Assembly: GCF_032062105.1 (NCBI RefSeq)
Contig: NW_026938995.1
Span: 558,001 to 622,000 of the forward strand
From: Saccostrea cucullata
Lineage: Eukaryota
Reading direction: 5' to 3'
DNA: 64,000 nucleotides
Shown here: positions 12,791 to 28,171 of the stretch, piece by piece
Position numbering within the stretch: position 1 is the first letter of the stretch
Layout of the letters: each line of letters begins with the position of its first letter
Made by a program: the position numbers and the translations under genes
Notes under the pieces: model-generated
The model's database searches: none
Seen by the model: the letters and a program-made list of their open reading frames with translations, nothing else
Told to the model about the DNA's origin: nothing

Positions 12791-15700
12791 CATCATGATC
12801 ATGTTCATTCAAGAAATTATGAAAAATAAAATCCTTGCTTATTAGGCATAATAATCTATTAATATCTATAACATTACTGGAACAGGTATTCAATTGTTCA
12901 AGTTACCTTTTTTAAATGAGGTTTGATTTTAATTAATATCTCATTTTCTAATTAATAAAAAAGAGATACTTGTGCATGACAAGAACATTAATTTTCTGGT
13001 TCAAGCATTTGCATTTCACTAATTCAATCTGTAAATTTTTTCAATAATTTCATATTGATTCTTCATTGATTATATTGGAAATTTATTCATTTCCTCAGTG
13101 CAATTCCTTATGCAATTCCTTAAATCTTATTGTAAAAATTAACACATATAATTTCAGATACGGGCCATTAATTGAAATTAAGAACCAAACAGTGTTTCCT
13201 TAAAAGATTTTGCCATCATCAAAGTAGAGGTCATCCCATTTCAAGAATATTAAAGAAAGTTTGATCAACCAGACATGGCAAAATGGAGAAGAACTTCTGA
13301 CGTGTTATACCAATGCATATTTTTATATGTCTATAGATTATAGATTTTTAAAAACATCCTATCTAGTATATACATGTTTCCCATATATTTAGAAAATATG
13401 TGTATGTGATAATTGCAGTGCATTCTGTTTGTCCATCTTTGAATTTGTTTCAGTAAAATAAATGTATACATCATAGGTATTAATTGAAGGTTACTTTTTT
13501 CTTACCTACCTGTAACAAGTTTCTTAAAAGGGTTTGTAAAATTGCAAAGAAATTAATAATGAACAATTAAAATTAATATTTTTATCATTAAATGTTCTTA
13601 CCAACTAATATTCAAATAAGTACATTTTAGTTTTGTACATATAAAGCTGCATCTGTAACAGTTTCATGACACTTGGAAATTGTAATAATAATTCGTCATA
13701 ACACATGTAGTTTATTTTAAAATTAATTGTTTACATCTTTTAATTTTTCCTGTATTTTGATTTTAAAAAGGAGAAATTTTGATATATAAACTATGGATAT
13801 CAAGGAGATATATCTATCACTGTAGCATCGTTTCTTTTTCCCTGTTCTTGATATATATATTTTGCAGAATTTGCCTTTTCTCTGAAATCAGAACTACTCT
13901 GTAAACTCATTAAAGTATGAATTGATGTCACTTAGAATTCATTTTTATTTTGTTCTGTCTGATATTTCTACGTTTTTACCTAATATATATATGTTTAGAA
14001 ATATACCATCTTTAAAAAAACTAAGTAAAATGACCAGACTGAGATTTTTTTTTTCTTTTTATTCCTCTTATCCCCCAACTTCATACCCAATAATTTTACC
14101 CTCAAGAGAGGGCAAACAAACATTACTTTAAAGATTGAAATCATTTAATTATAAAAACAGCAGCTTCATGGATGCTATACATTTCACTCAAAAAACACAT
14201 GTATAATGACAGTCACCAGCCATTACTGAATAAAGGTATTTTGCTACAAAGACTAGAAGTTACATGTTGGAATAACTAATTCAGCATTCATAGGCTATTG
14301 GTTTAGTTGCAACACGAAGTATGTTTATATAATTACATGTACTTCCTATAAGACATTTCATCAGAATATTCAGATGTAAAAATTGCCATAAATACTAACA
14401 TGGAATAAATTAGACCATCATGTAGCACAGGAGGAGTTTTATTTTGAATTTTTGGCCAATTTATGCCTAAAAACAATATCACATTTAATTTAAACTCACC
14501 ATGACAAAATCATGTTGTCTTTAAAAGTGTAGAAAAAACCTGACTTTTATGTTTTGAACCCATAATATAGCCTTCCATGGAAATAATATTGGGGACAATA
14601 TTTTTTTAGTTCAAATTACTGAAAATGATCAAAAGTTCAGTAGATATGTAAAACGCTGATTTTTATATTTTTGTTGCCATGGCAACGGTTACACTTTATC
14701 CATTAAAATAGAAAAATCTTCTTTTTTACCCAAATTTTCACATTTTTGATAACGGAAAATTAAAAGTTTAAATAATAGAAGCATGAATTATACTTATTCA
14801 GGTCATTTTAATTATAAAAGTTTGATAATTTATAAAATAAATCAATTTTTTCAATGAAAATAATATTCGAGGTAAAATATGAAATACGTTAAATTTGGCG
14901 TCTTTTACTAAAAAAATGGGGCGGGCAATATCTTTGAAAATCATATTAAATGATGAAGCTAATCTCCCTGAATAAATTGATATATAGCATGTGTGCATAT
15001 TTAAAAAAATATGAGTTGGCGGGAGACGCAAACCTTACCTTAAAACAAATTAAGGAAATAATACATTCAAGATTATATATAATTATTATCTAACAATTCT
15101 GAACCATTAATTGCCTTAAATTTTAGAACATGATATCGGAAAATGGGCCAGTTGCAAATGTACCCATATTTTTTTTTGGGGGGGGGGGGGGGGAGGAAAT
15201 CACCTAGACCGCAAAGTTTATTTATTGAATTGAGTACGTAATATATATTTTCCCAACGGACCTTGTACCGAATCGTGCCTAAGAATTTTTTTGTTACCCA
15301 TGAAATTACAGACCCACCAAGATGCATTTCCCTGTCGTCATACTTCTTTGTTAACTCAGTGTTGAATGGTTGCTACGAACCTTTAACCATTACGTCAAGC
15401 AAACTTTTCCATTCATCAAGAATCGAATATAATTGCTAAAGCTGTTCTTAATATTCAACCTTTTACTTTTAAAATTGTTTTTTTATTGCTAAATAATGTG
15501 AATGAAAGGGGTAGTTGTTTTGCAATAGAACGTCAGCATTGTCTGCATTTGGCTTTTGAAGGCTAACTGCATATACGCCCTTCTTCAAACCTTGCATAAT
15601 TTAGATACCAATGTAACAAACAGCATTGTCATCTTTTTCTTTTGCAATGAATCTTTGAGCAAAAAACTTTAATCATCAATGAACTTCTATCTATTCATCA

Positions 15701-18700
15701 AGTTCCAGATTAATAATGAAGATGATAACAACATTTTAGCATCATTCCTGTACAAAGCAATAACTAATTCGTCAAACAATTCATTTATTAAACAAGTCCT
15801 TCATTGTATACTACAATGTATATATATATTTTGACCTAAGTTGAGAGAGCATTGCCCTACGTTTTTGACGTATAGAAATATACATACAAGTGACAACTTC
15901 ATACTCTTGAAATACTAATTCAGCAAGACACTAATTACACCTATAAGACAATGGGACAAACATTAGAACATTGAACCATACACATTTTCTCCTAAACACC
16001 ACTAAATTGAATGAACTTCAGCTGGAAATCACTGTAAACAGAGATTTTTAGTGTCTTGTTTGATTTATTCAAAGCAGAAACATGCTGTTTTGGGGTAAAA
16101 CAACGAGGGGAGCTAATTTTGTGCTTTTTGTTTGCCCATTTTTATAATAAATCCTAACACCAGCCAAAAATTGCAAAATCATACACAAGCAAAACTTAAA
16201 GCAAAATATGGCAAGTTTTTTTGATAAGTTTAGATAACCAAAATATGGCCATTTTTTTAATAAGTTTACCGGGGTAGATAACCAAAATTGAAAAACAAAT
16301 TTTATTTGTTTTATTACTATACATAGAGATAGGATTTTTCTGTAAATAACTCAGATACACCATATATAGCTTTAAGCTGCGGCAAAAGTTAATACAGTGC
16401 AAATTTAAATCAGGTCCAAGTTGTATTTTCAAATCTGTTTAAGTAAGAATTAGAATATATTAGGGGGGGGGGAGTACATTATAATCAGTACTACTATATG
16501 TGTTTTAAAAAGTTTATTAGATTTAGCATACCAGTATAATAAAGGTTAATACATGTAAACTGTATAGGTCTCTCTTATAGAATCCCAGTAGTATTATTGT
16601 GAAACAATTAAGAATATACTAAAACCTGCACCAAAGAAAACAAATATACATGTACTTCTTTCAAAAGTAAAAAAAACAAATCCTTCAAAAATATTTTGAT
16701 ATATTAGTAAAGATATTGTTGATTCTCTCTAGTATCAATGATATACTAGGTATTATTATGATAGAGGGCATCATCCATATCAAATAATGTATTCTTTCAA
16801 TGATTTTTTTTTGTTTAATCCATAATTATTCCGCAACAATTTTACATTATTTATTACCACAAATCTTAAGTTTGAATTATCATAAGCCAGTTCAAATGAT
16901 CAAGGCTATTTGGGTCAATTTTGTCAACATTACCAAATGTTGTTCATGGTCCGTTTTTTTCAGGCCAGTATCGATTTTTTTTTACAACTTATAAAAAATA
17001 GGTTTTAAAATTATGAGTCTGTAGTCACAAGGTATTAAACTGAACCCTTAATGTATACATGTATTAAAAAATACTTCACGTTTTCTGAAACAAAACAATG
17101 AAAGTGGGGCATCCTAACACTTCATACATAACACTTGTTACAACCTTGAGTGGACATGCAATATGCCACAAGTTCACATGTAAGGGGATGTTTACACTGT
17201 ATCTCCCATTGTAAAAGGTCAAACGATATCAACAAAGTACAAGTGTCTGGAGATAACCCCTACCTTGTACCGTGCCCCCCACAAGATAAGGTGCCCCCAC
17301 AAGATAACGCCCCCCTTTGATGAGGAATACGGTGACAACATGCACCTTGACTCTCATCTCGTTCATCGTTATCGGTATTGATACTAGTACAATAAGTACA
17401 TACTAACATACAAGTAGGAAATATATCAATATGTTCAGATAAAGAAAGAATCTTGTCATAAAAAAACCTATTAACATTAATTCTTAGAAAATTTCATTAC
17501 AGTATGTAAGTGCACTATTTCCATGACAGAACATTTTTTGTTATATCTTCGTTTGCCATTCATAAAAAATTCTGAAATAAAACAGCTAGGTCATATTGAA
17601 TTTGAATGGCTAGGTGTCATGAAAATGTCATTAATCTAAAATTAAAAATGTATAAGATGATCTATTACACACATTAATTATAAATACAGTTCATTAATAT
17701 TGAATTATTTTATGTCTTGGTATAGGCTGTCAATTATGTAGTTCAGCAATAATTTTTGGACACATATGATTTGCTTCAAGACATTTTGGATTTTTCATGA
17801 CACACAGAAGAAATTCCAAAACAAAATGTCTTCTTTGTGTTGGAATAGTGGGCTGGAGACAATGAAGAGACCTGAATACACCTGTAACATTCTGGACTTA
17901 TCAGGAGTGTTTACAATACGAAGGAGAGGTCCCAGGATTACTGGCCCTCATGCAACCTAATTCAAACATATACAGCCTTTGATGTGTGACATTTGACCTA
18001 TCTGATGTTTATAACTTCTAGAACATATTTGTGGACAACTGAATCAATGTAAACAAGACCCTTGACATAAACCTTTGCATGTACCCTAATATAAACATTC
18101 AAAACACCCGCACACCTTAGCCTGAACCCTTTAATAATGTAGTACATGTAATCACTTCAGATTTCTACTCATCATCATCATAATATTTATAATCCAGCGT
18201 ACCAAGCACAGCATTTTACATATCAATCAAAACACGATACACTGTAACACAATGTCCATCATATGCAGCGCGTGCATTGTCATAAAGTGGTGTGATGGGG
18301 CACATGCAATCCTTCAACATGAACATTGAATTTTACCCTGTAGTAAACTTTTTATGTTAATTTTTAAAATAAAAGTTCAGCTGAGCAAATATTTTTTTTA
18401 TTTAATGTCAATGATATAACATTTTTAAAAGTGAAAATAAAATGATTTCAAATTAAAAAATAGATTTTATCACTTGTTTTCAAGTCTTTAGCATAAATTA
18501 AAGATGCCAATATATATGAGTATATAGGTATGAACTTCATATGAACCTTTTATTGCTAAGTTCACGAGAGAAGAAGAGAGTCTCAAATTTTTAAATGGCT
18601 AATTATATCTACTCCTACACCTAACAATAGCAGGCTGATACTCCTAAAACCAAACAACAAACAGACTTTTTTCTTTGGAAGTGAGTCAAAACTATCTCTA

Positions 18701-20829
18701 GGGCAAATAATTTAATTTTAGCCGACAAAATTGGGGAATGAATTTATTTGTTTTCTCTGGTCATTACAGAACTTTAAGTAGCACAATCCTCTACACCAAT
18801 ACCAAATACCCCGCTATTGTGGGTGGCCAAAGGTCGTGTAACAGTTTACAAATATTGATAGGAAGGTTTAACGTTAGTAAAATCCCAGGAATTCTACACA
18901 TCTGATATGATTGCAAAATCTTATTCAAAGAGATGTAATTTAAAGACCGTCATAATTTTTCTTAAAAGGGGAGACAACCTTGATGCCGAAACAGCCTTGA
19001 TACACTTATAAATTATTACATTTATATATTATATATATACATGTTTATGTTATTGCCTGTATTTTTGGATGAAGACAATAAGAAGAGTTGTGTTGTTCCT
19101 ACAGTCAAGGTAAGGTTATTCGGCTGGAGAAATCGGTTACGTTCATCAGTAGTCATGGGGCATGGACACATCACATGACCATGGGTCAATTCATCAACAA
19201 ATGCCTATACTTTTACCGACAGAAATCAGTGGCCACACTGCATGTCTCTATCTCTTAGTCAATAAAAATATCAAAAATATGTTAATATGTGTAAAAAAAA
19301 AAAAAAAGTAGGTGTTGGCCTGAAGAAAAGGTCTGATCAACTTTAATCTGAATCGTGTCACCTGGTTACCGATTTTAGTGGAAACGACACGTAGTACAAA
19401 AATCTGTCTGATATTCACATAGCAAGGAGACAGCATTTTCATAAAAAGAACAAACCAGCATGATGAAAGTACTGTGAGACGAGAGAAATCAATTGCTGGC
19501 CTGCAATGATTATAGGGCATTTGATGCAGAATAACACTGCAGGTCTTAAGGGATGAAGACATCTGAGGTCTTTTGAGGATAGCTCTGTTTGCCATAAATG
19601 GAAAAACAGACAGCCGATTCATGAATAATATTAGCCATATTTAAGCAGAAAAATTATGCCTGGAATTAGGACCTATCAAATTTCAAGACAGTAGGGCCCA
19701 TTTCTTATCCCTTTGGAATAAAGCATATCAGAGGTGATTACCTAGTTCATCAAAAATCAGTCTGTCTGGGGTCTTCACTCTTCAACAAAACAACAAAATA
19801 TCTAGGTAAATCATTGTCAAACTGGGTTTATACAAGAGAAGGATAAATTCTTGACACAAGTCTGAATATAGCATTTAAATCAAATCATGCTGGATTCTTG
19901 CAGTCATCATAATTCCAAATGCTTTTGACAGAATTGAAGCACAAGATACTTTAGATAACCGTAACATTTATTTGTATTCTTTCAAAATTCTTACAAACAT
20001 CATCTTTCCTTGCTGCTTGTTATAATATGTCTTTACATAAACATCAACAAATCAGATTCAAATTAAGAATTTTATGTTTTGTAATTTTGTTTCAAGTTAT
20101 TTAATGTTTACGTTACAGAACATATCTTACAAATTAACACACAATACTAATTGTTTTTCTGTATAATTAATAAAATGGTAAACACAACAAATACAACCTC
20201 AATTTCTAATTAGCTATCGATCGATTTATAAAAAAAACCCTCAAGCATCTTATTGTAAATCTCAGCATGTGATCTGTCCTTTCATCATCCTATCTTATAT
20301 ATATATAGCTGATCTTCACTATTCAAACCCATGACCAGAGTCAAGCAAAAGTCATTTCAGGGCACCTGTACCCTCAATAAAGGTAAACAGAGTATCTGTT
20401 ATCTAATGTCACCATGGAAACAATACACAGTTTTGGAAGCATTTGAAGGAATCATTGTAATACTGTACATGATTCTGTATGTCTCAGTGTTAAGCTGAAA
20501 ATCATTAGGAATTTAGAGTACTGTATACTGGGATTTAAGTCCAAGCTCAGCACCTGAATCCTCATAGTACATATGGAAATCTCAGATTTTCCTAATCTAC
20601 TTGTATATTTTCCTGAAGCAAGTCTGTGCTACATTTTTACTAAATGAAAGAGTTAAGTATTTTTAGAGACAAAAATATAAATATGTATATATAAATTTAG
20701 TTTGAAAGAAGGAGAGACATAAACATCCCATTTCATCATTCTGTATCATCCAAACCTCTTTAAAAATAAGGATTGGTAAAAAATGATACTTTCAAAACAT
20801 TATAGGAATCAAAAATATAACTATATACA

Positions 20830-21871
20830 TAAAATCGTGGACAAAGCGTTTTTCTCAAAAAGTAATGGGCGCATTAAGCTGAAAATTTCAGTAAATGTTT
20901 ATTTATCATATTTAAGTGCATGATAATGTTTTTGATAAGATATAGGCAAAAATAAAGATTTTATTATACTTGAATGTGGACGAGGTATTGCCCTACGGCG
21001 CACGCTGAAAAATCCAAGGTTTGATTAAAGAAAACACAAGTTTGAATTCAAAATAAAAATTTTAAATACATATTATTTGGATTAAAATTATCCTAATTCA
21101 ATTCCACAATCAATTTTGTTGTCTTTGTAAGATAATTAAGGCATTTGCTTAATTTTTGGCCGTTTCTCGAGCATTCGAAATGGGAAAGTGGTAAACACAA
21201 CTCCCGAAAATGGCGACGTTTTATGACGTTACGGCGCACCGGAGAACAGTTCAGTGTTATTTCGATGTTGTAATGACACCTTTAGAGACTTTAAATGACC
21301 ATAGATGAAAAAAGATTATAAAAATATCACCATATCTTAAGTATACAAATGAATTAGTAGTTTTCTTAGCGAAGTTTTTTTTTATTGAGTCCCTTGGGAG
21401 TACAAAACATACTGACAAACTCCTAATGTAATAGCAAAAGACGCTGTCACAGTAGACCGCCGATATGAGATTTTCTATTAGTTGAATGATGGTGAGAATA
21501 TTGTCCGTAACTTACTAATCAATCTTCAGAAGATCGCATGAGGGTGCCAATTGGTTCTTCGGCTGTTTATGGAGACTATAGAATGTGTATCAATGAAATT
21601 CCTGAATTTAAGTTACTCATCCAACTTCATGTTCAGCAAAGATAAAACGTGACGCTGTTTTAGACACTTTGACGTTATAATCCTTGCTCCGTAAGGTGAT
21701 ACAATACATGGCATAAAATCTCATAATTTGTTTATTTATGCATATATTTATCTGAAATTTGCTGTGTATATTACTAAAATATGTACTAAAAAATAGTGAA
21801 AATTTCAGAACGCAGTGATGTTTATTTTTCACACTAGACAACTTGTCCACGATTTTACGGGACAACCCTCG
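20830..21871. mobile_element. Mariner-like non-autonomous element, left TIR truncated
   Basis: taaaatcgtggacaa (20830) is inverted at ttgtccacgatttta (~21843). The right end continues cgggacaaccctcg|ta, i.e. a TA-CGAGGG mariner-type terminus. No transposase ORF. Confidence 0.6.
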
Positions 21872-24800
21872 TATACTGTTTGGGTTTCTCACTAAATTGT
21901 TTGTACACAAAGTAGCCCTTTTAAGAAATTATCTCCAAGGTCATGTGGTGCACAGCGATGATGAGTGGGCTTTATCTCTCACTACCTTTTACTCTGTATC
22001 ATTCTCACACAATTAGCTGTTTGGTCATAGCTAATACAGGTTAATTGGTGTGAGTAGTGGTTTTCATCAATAGATGACCAATATAGTTCAGGGCCTATAT
22101 CCAATCATTATTACCCATTCACTGATCAATATAACTCAATACACATGCTGGGGATGATGCATGCATCATGGTCATCAGGAGTTGACTCATCCATGGCACC
22201 CATTAAAAGCATCAGTCTCCAAAGACACTGATTTTGTTATGACTGTGTTGCTATGTTTACAAACTTTGATACTGTCATCTCCTGGACTATTTGAAATAGA
22301 GGCTTTCAACTTTACTTTAAAAGAAATGTATGGATATGAAATTACCACATTTTATTTTATCATTTAAGAAATCCTGGTACCTCTGTTTTTTATGGTTTAA
22401 TTTATCACAGAAATTCTATGAAAAAAAAATCAAGAGTGAAGTGATTAATGTTACTTTTTAAGTTACCTGACTCAGATATAGTTTTTTAATTTATTTTCTC
22501 TTCATTAATCAACAGTCGTTTAATTAGTTCTAATCAATCACTGCGGGAGAAGGAAATACTCGTAAAATGTACACAATGTTTAGCTAATTAACATAAATTC
22601 ACCTTGCATCATTCAATTTTCTACGCACACCTCTTAAGCTTCTACGCATTCCTTTCTTTGGCAAAGCAGGTGAATATGAGTAAACTAAGCTTGTCAGAAA
22701 CGTATATCAAGATATTTTTGGCAATGGTACTAAGTGAATGAAAGGCCTTTTGTTTATATATTAGTCTACTGACAAATGGCCAACGATTAAGTACGTACAT
22801 TATGGCATTACAGTCCCATGGGCTTACTTATCTCTTCAGCTATTTTTAGATCTGAGGAATGTTTTCATAAGGCAAGGAAAATTGTAAACAAAGCCTCGTG
22901 GCTTTTGTTTATGTGTATATTTTCAATGGCCAATTATCACCCTGCTGTTAGGTATGTGCTAATTGGCTGGAGGGGGAGGGACAGATTTACTGGCCAAACA
23001 GTTAGTTCACAGATACAACATGAATGATTAGGATGTACAGTAATAGAAATGACTTGTCTCGTAATAACATGTAATAACAGAAAAAGCACCTGTCATTTGT
23101 AAAAAATAAATAAATATTGGAAGTATTCTTTTAGGAATAAAAATTCATCTGACATGAATCAGTCCGATTACCAGATACAACAAAATGTATTAAAAAAAAA
23201 AATTTGTTAAGCAGACAGGGGGAAAAAAAATGATCGCCAAAAAAATATTAATAAGACAAATGTTTATTGTCAAATTAAGTGAACAACAAGTCTTTCTCAC
23301 AAATGACATATAAAACAAAACCATCATTCTTTGAAGAAAAAAAAATATAGCTCTTTATACCGGTATATCAATGAGTTTAAAGGATGAGAAAAATCTCTGC
23401 CAAAAGAGGTGTGAAATTCTGGTTTATCAACCAAAACATTTACCCCAAGGAATTTAATTTGTACGCAAATCAAAAGACACTTAATATCGCACGCTTACAA
23501 ACATTAGGAAGATTAAAGACAATGCGAGGACTTAACAATCCTATACGTAACCTCCCTTTGAACCTGTAGTGTAATCAAATTAATCAGATTAAAGAGGATG
23601 AAATCTATCAAACTAACGATAATTACAAAAACAAACTCAGGACAACAATACCAAAAAATCAACAGTTAAGAATAGCAGGTTTAAAAAAGCATGCATGAAT
23701 TAAAAAGCTTGCATTAATTTTTAAAAAGCATGCATTAATTTAATAAAATGCATCGTCTCACACCAGGTGAACTTTGTAATAGTATAACTTTTAAGACACT
23801 TCCCTGCTTCTAATTTAAATTTCAAATGAGATCCCCGTAAAGACAGATTTATTGCGTTTCCTTGAAGTACCAAAAGCTGATCGTCTGATCTGCAGGTGTG
23901 TATAGACCTGCTTCTGATAATTATTACTTAATATTGCGATTAGTTCTGCACTTTCTGGTCCCCTCCAAAGAACCAAGGATCTACATGTTTAAGAAGAGGA
24001 TTACATTACCAGCATGCTCAGACCAAACGCATTGTTTAGGTTCTAATCCATGATCAACCCAGATGTACCAATGCGTTTTTAAGAGTCTATAATTTTTAAC
24101 TGATTTATTAACTTTAACTAAGCTGTTATGGAAATGTGCACTGATATATATACCAACATTTTTGTTAAAATGCAGATTAACTATCAATATAAAAGAATAA
24201 AATATATTCAATAATTAAGAAAATATCTTCAGTTGAACTTCAGTATCTGGGACACTAATGTCTTGAATACCTATAGGATATGTGGTGATTTTGAAGTCCC
24301 AACCACTGATTTAAATATTTTATCCTTGATATTTTTTCAAATCCTCTGATAATTCGAAGAATTTTCTTGGTCCCATTGAGTTTAAAATGAAGTTTGACTT
24401 TAGTTATGACGAAATTATTTACTGAAAATCCAAAATTTTCCAATTTTCATTAGTATACATTACAAATATCTAAATTAGTAAATTACTCTACATTCATTTT
24501 CTGTATTTAAATGGTTTACTGTATAGGTCAGAAAGAGTAAAAAGGAAATTCCTAAACTTATTTAAGTTCAATGATTTTCTTTTCCATGTTACTTATATAA
24601 TCAGAGACTTCTTAGTGGGGGGAACCAGCTAGAAAATGCCTAAACCAATAGGAATGTTTAAATTTGCCTGGTCTCCTCCCAGGGTCGTCTTACAAGCCGG
24701 ATTTCTGACTGAATACACGTAACACACCTCCATACAAAAACAAAATAAACAATGAAGCATGAGGATTCTACAGATTTCTGGAAGAGATACTGGAATGTTT

Positions 24801-27800
24801 TCTGGCTTGTGTTATAACATTCTTTGGAGGCTATTGTTAAGTAAAGTACACGTTATTAAGCATTTAATGTCTGTCTGATGATATCGTTGAAAATGTTTTT
24901 CTTTCCTGGATTATACATGATTTACCATGATTAAACTACCCTGACCTCTCTCCTATCTGTCAATTTGTTAAAATGCACTAATTACTTTGAATAATGCTAA
25001 GATTTCAATGTCTAATGACAGACAAAAATTCCAACATCTTGATATTGGGGCATTGTAAATGATAACCCAATTACAATCCATCCAAACCAATAACATACAG
25101 CTGCATGAACTTTCAGTATCTGGAACATTCACATCTCAATTAAACAGGCATTTGGAAGTATCATGCAAGCACTTAAATTGTTCTTGATCAATTTACCTTC
25201 AATATTTCCATTCCTAAAATATCTCATTTTTTTTCTTTCTCCAATAAAGTAAGAGATAATAAAATTGAATTTATATGATTTGCAAAATTATTATATTCAA
25301 TTACAGAAATTAATAAATTTTAAATTGATTTTATTTAATAAATTACTCATGAAAACAGTACATTTATATCAACTATTTATTTTTGGATAAAAACACAAAC
25401 TAATTCATGCGCCATAGGATTTTTAAGGTGACCTAACCTCTGAGGTGAAGGGATTTGGCTACGACTCAAAAAGAATTCTCTAAACTAATCCAGCCTACTT
25501 CTATCCCAAAACAAATGTAAATTCTGATTAAGTACTGGTCTTATGCAAGACCTTGGCATCAGTTCAAGAAAACCATGTGATGACTGAGACGTTTATTTAA
25601 TTTTAATTATCTAATGATCATACATGTATATATAAATATAATAATTTTAACATGCTACAAATCAACCATGAAGAAAAATCCAATCTTAGAAAGAAATAAA
25701 AACAGAGTCTTTGATCATTAAAGCTATATACATTAATAGTTTGATTTACTGGTAATTAGAACACAACATAACCCACTTATTCAATTCAAAATTTATATAA
25801 TGTTGATTTTATAATGATTAAGTAATAGCTTTTCCTTAAAACTTATCAAACCTTCTTTTGCTTGAGAAGCTGACCTTTTAAATGGCAGAAAATAATTACC
25901 GTAATAAGATGTATAAGAAAGGGCAACCTTTCAAGAATTTAAACTGTACGTTACACTTTTTGAAAATATCCAGGTGTATATTGGCACTTAAATTTCATAA
26001 CCCACTTATAATTAATTACAAATGACCTTAAATTACTCTCTCAGTGAACCTCTGTGAATATATTTCCTTTCTTTTCTCTTTTGTTGATTGGATACTTGTC
26101 TGAAAGATTTTAAAGAGATGACCACAGTTTTTATAGCGAGAAAAAAATCTTTAGAGTCTGAAAAGTTTCAAGTAGAAAGAAAGAAATGTCTAATTATTTG
26201 TACAAAACAGTGTGTTGTTGGACTAATTAGACTTTGGCCAAAGCTGGATAATTTATTTTTTAGCTGAGACGATTATGTGCACAATAGGTGTCAAGTAACA
26301 TTTAACAACAAAATAATGTGCAAGCCTCATCAAATGGCATCTTGAAGCTAATTTCTCTATGTACATTAATAATTTCATAACTTTTTCTTGTCTCAATAAT
26401 CTTCCAAAAAGTATTGTTGAAGTTGTTCTAGGATATTCAATTGTTAAATTTCTCCATGTTGAACATTCTTCTTTCTACTTGAACTGAGATGTTGCAACTC
26501 AGTCAAGCATAGGAACCTGCAGACAGTGATAAAAATGTTAAGAATGTTGGGGACTGTGGGAAATCTTTTCATTGAAGAAACCAAACACCTCCCTTAAGGA
26601 CTATGTAAAGACAGCATTTAATCAGCAAAATCTAGGCCATCAGAATTTAAACTACTCTTCTCTGTGCAGTCAGATAAGATAGACCTCCTTAATGCAGACT
26701 TTTAAACTTCCTGGTTGGGTTATTTTACCCAGAATGCCGACTTTCTGAATGAAGAAGCAGAAGTCCTGGTGTCAATGGCCGCTGCTCAGTGCAGGTGGAT
26801 GTATATTTTTAAAACCTCCATGTTTATATAAATTTGTCATCACTTTCCACATGCAGGTGCTGAGTTAGATAAAATGCACTGCATATACACCAGAACCCTG
26901 CAAAGTTAGACTTTGTCCCAATACCAACAGAAAGTTAAAGTCAAAATAGTACAAAAATATGTTATGCCAAATTTGTTTGATATCCATGTTAAAATGCAGT
27001 TTAATATGCCATCATAAACGGCTGATTCATCACCAAAAAATGAACAAAGTTTGTTTTTGAAGCTTCTGCCTTGACAGATGATCTATATACATTGTACATA
27101 TGATCTTGACTTGAAATTAACTCCTGCAACACACTTACGTAACTGAGTCACTATCGCCTATATACAATGTCTGGGTTGTTTTACAAAAAAAATTAGAACA
27201 TTAAATTCTGGAATAAACAGACAGACAGACAAATGGATAATCATTCACTAATACTTTTAAAGAAAACTGCAGTGAACTTTTGAAGCAGGTCAACATTTTA
27301 ATATCACATATATCTGAGTTGGTTATAAATAACACAATATAAATATTGTCTGATAACATTGTTTTAAAAATCAAAATACTAGAAAGTGTACCAAAGAACA
27401 GACTTCTACCTGAGAAGAATTCATCTCGATAGTTTATAAATATTTTCTGTGGTATTAAATCTTCTCATGCAGTCATATGATCCAATACTTTAACACATTT
27501 TTATTTTCTTATGTAACTTTGAAAATCTGTCTCTGTTGAAAGCAGTGCTTTAATTTAATTAACATATTATTTTTGCCATATTTTAATTAATAAATTGACT
27601 TGTACTATGTTAATCTGGATATTTTTTGGACTCTTATATCCTGGTGGACAATATTTATTCCTGCTATATTAGAATGACATAGAACTAGATATCATATATA
27701 TATAATAAGTATTAAAAAAACTAATGCCCCTAGCAAATGTCTGCCTTAACCTTAAGGCCTATTAAGTCATACATTTATTTATGTTTACTTCTGTAATAGC

Positions 27801-28171
27801 CATAAGGTGGGGTGAATTTTCAATGGTGTTTTGTATCTATAATCTGCAAGACCACAAAAATTTGTGATAAGAAACTAGATTTGACACAGCTAGATTTTAA
27901 ACACACCTTTTTTATTCATGATTTTATTTAACGGAAAATTAAAAACAATAAATAAGAAGACAGGCAGAAACAATGAACTGTTGTCAAACATTTCAATTCA
28001 TTGGTTATTAAAACAAATTGCCAGTCTGTGGGTAAAAAAAAAGATGTCTGATAGAAAAGCAGAAAGTCTCGATTTTGTCCAATAAATATTCACTTTTCTT
28101 TCTTCCTCCTCAAGAATAATTAATTGAGCAAAACTTAATTAATCAGTTAATAAGCAGAAATGTCAGAGAAA

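Noticed and set aside
19248-19622. 124-aa minus-strand ORF as a NOC2L exon or separate gene
   Set aside because: No NOC2L peptide or recognisable domain, and it runs through a homopolymer tract; likely chance.
26785-26845. Intronic C/D-box snoRNA in NOC2L sense
   Set aside because: GTGATGA and CTGA are present, but the spacing is short, there is no terminal stem, and no rRNA complement is recognisable.
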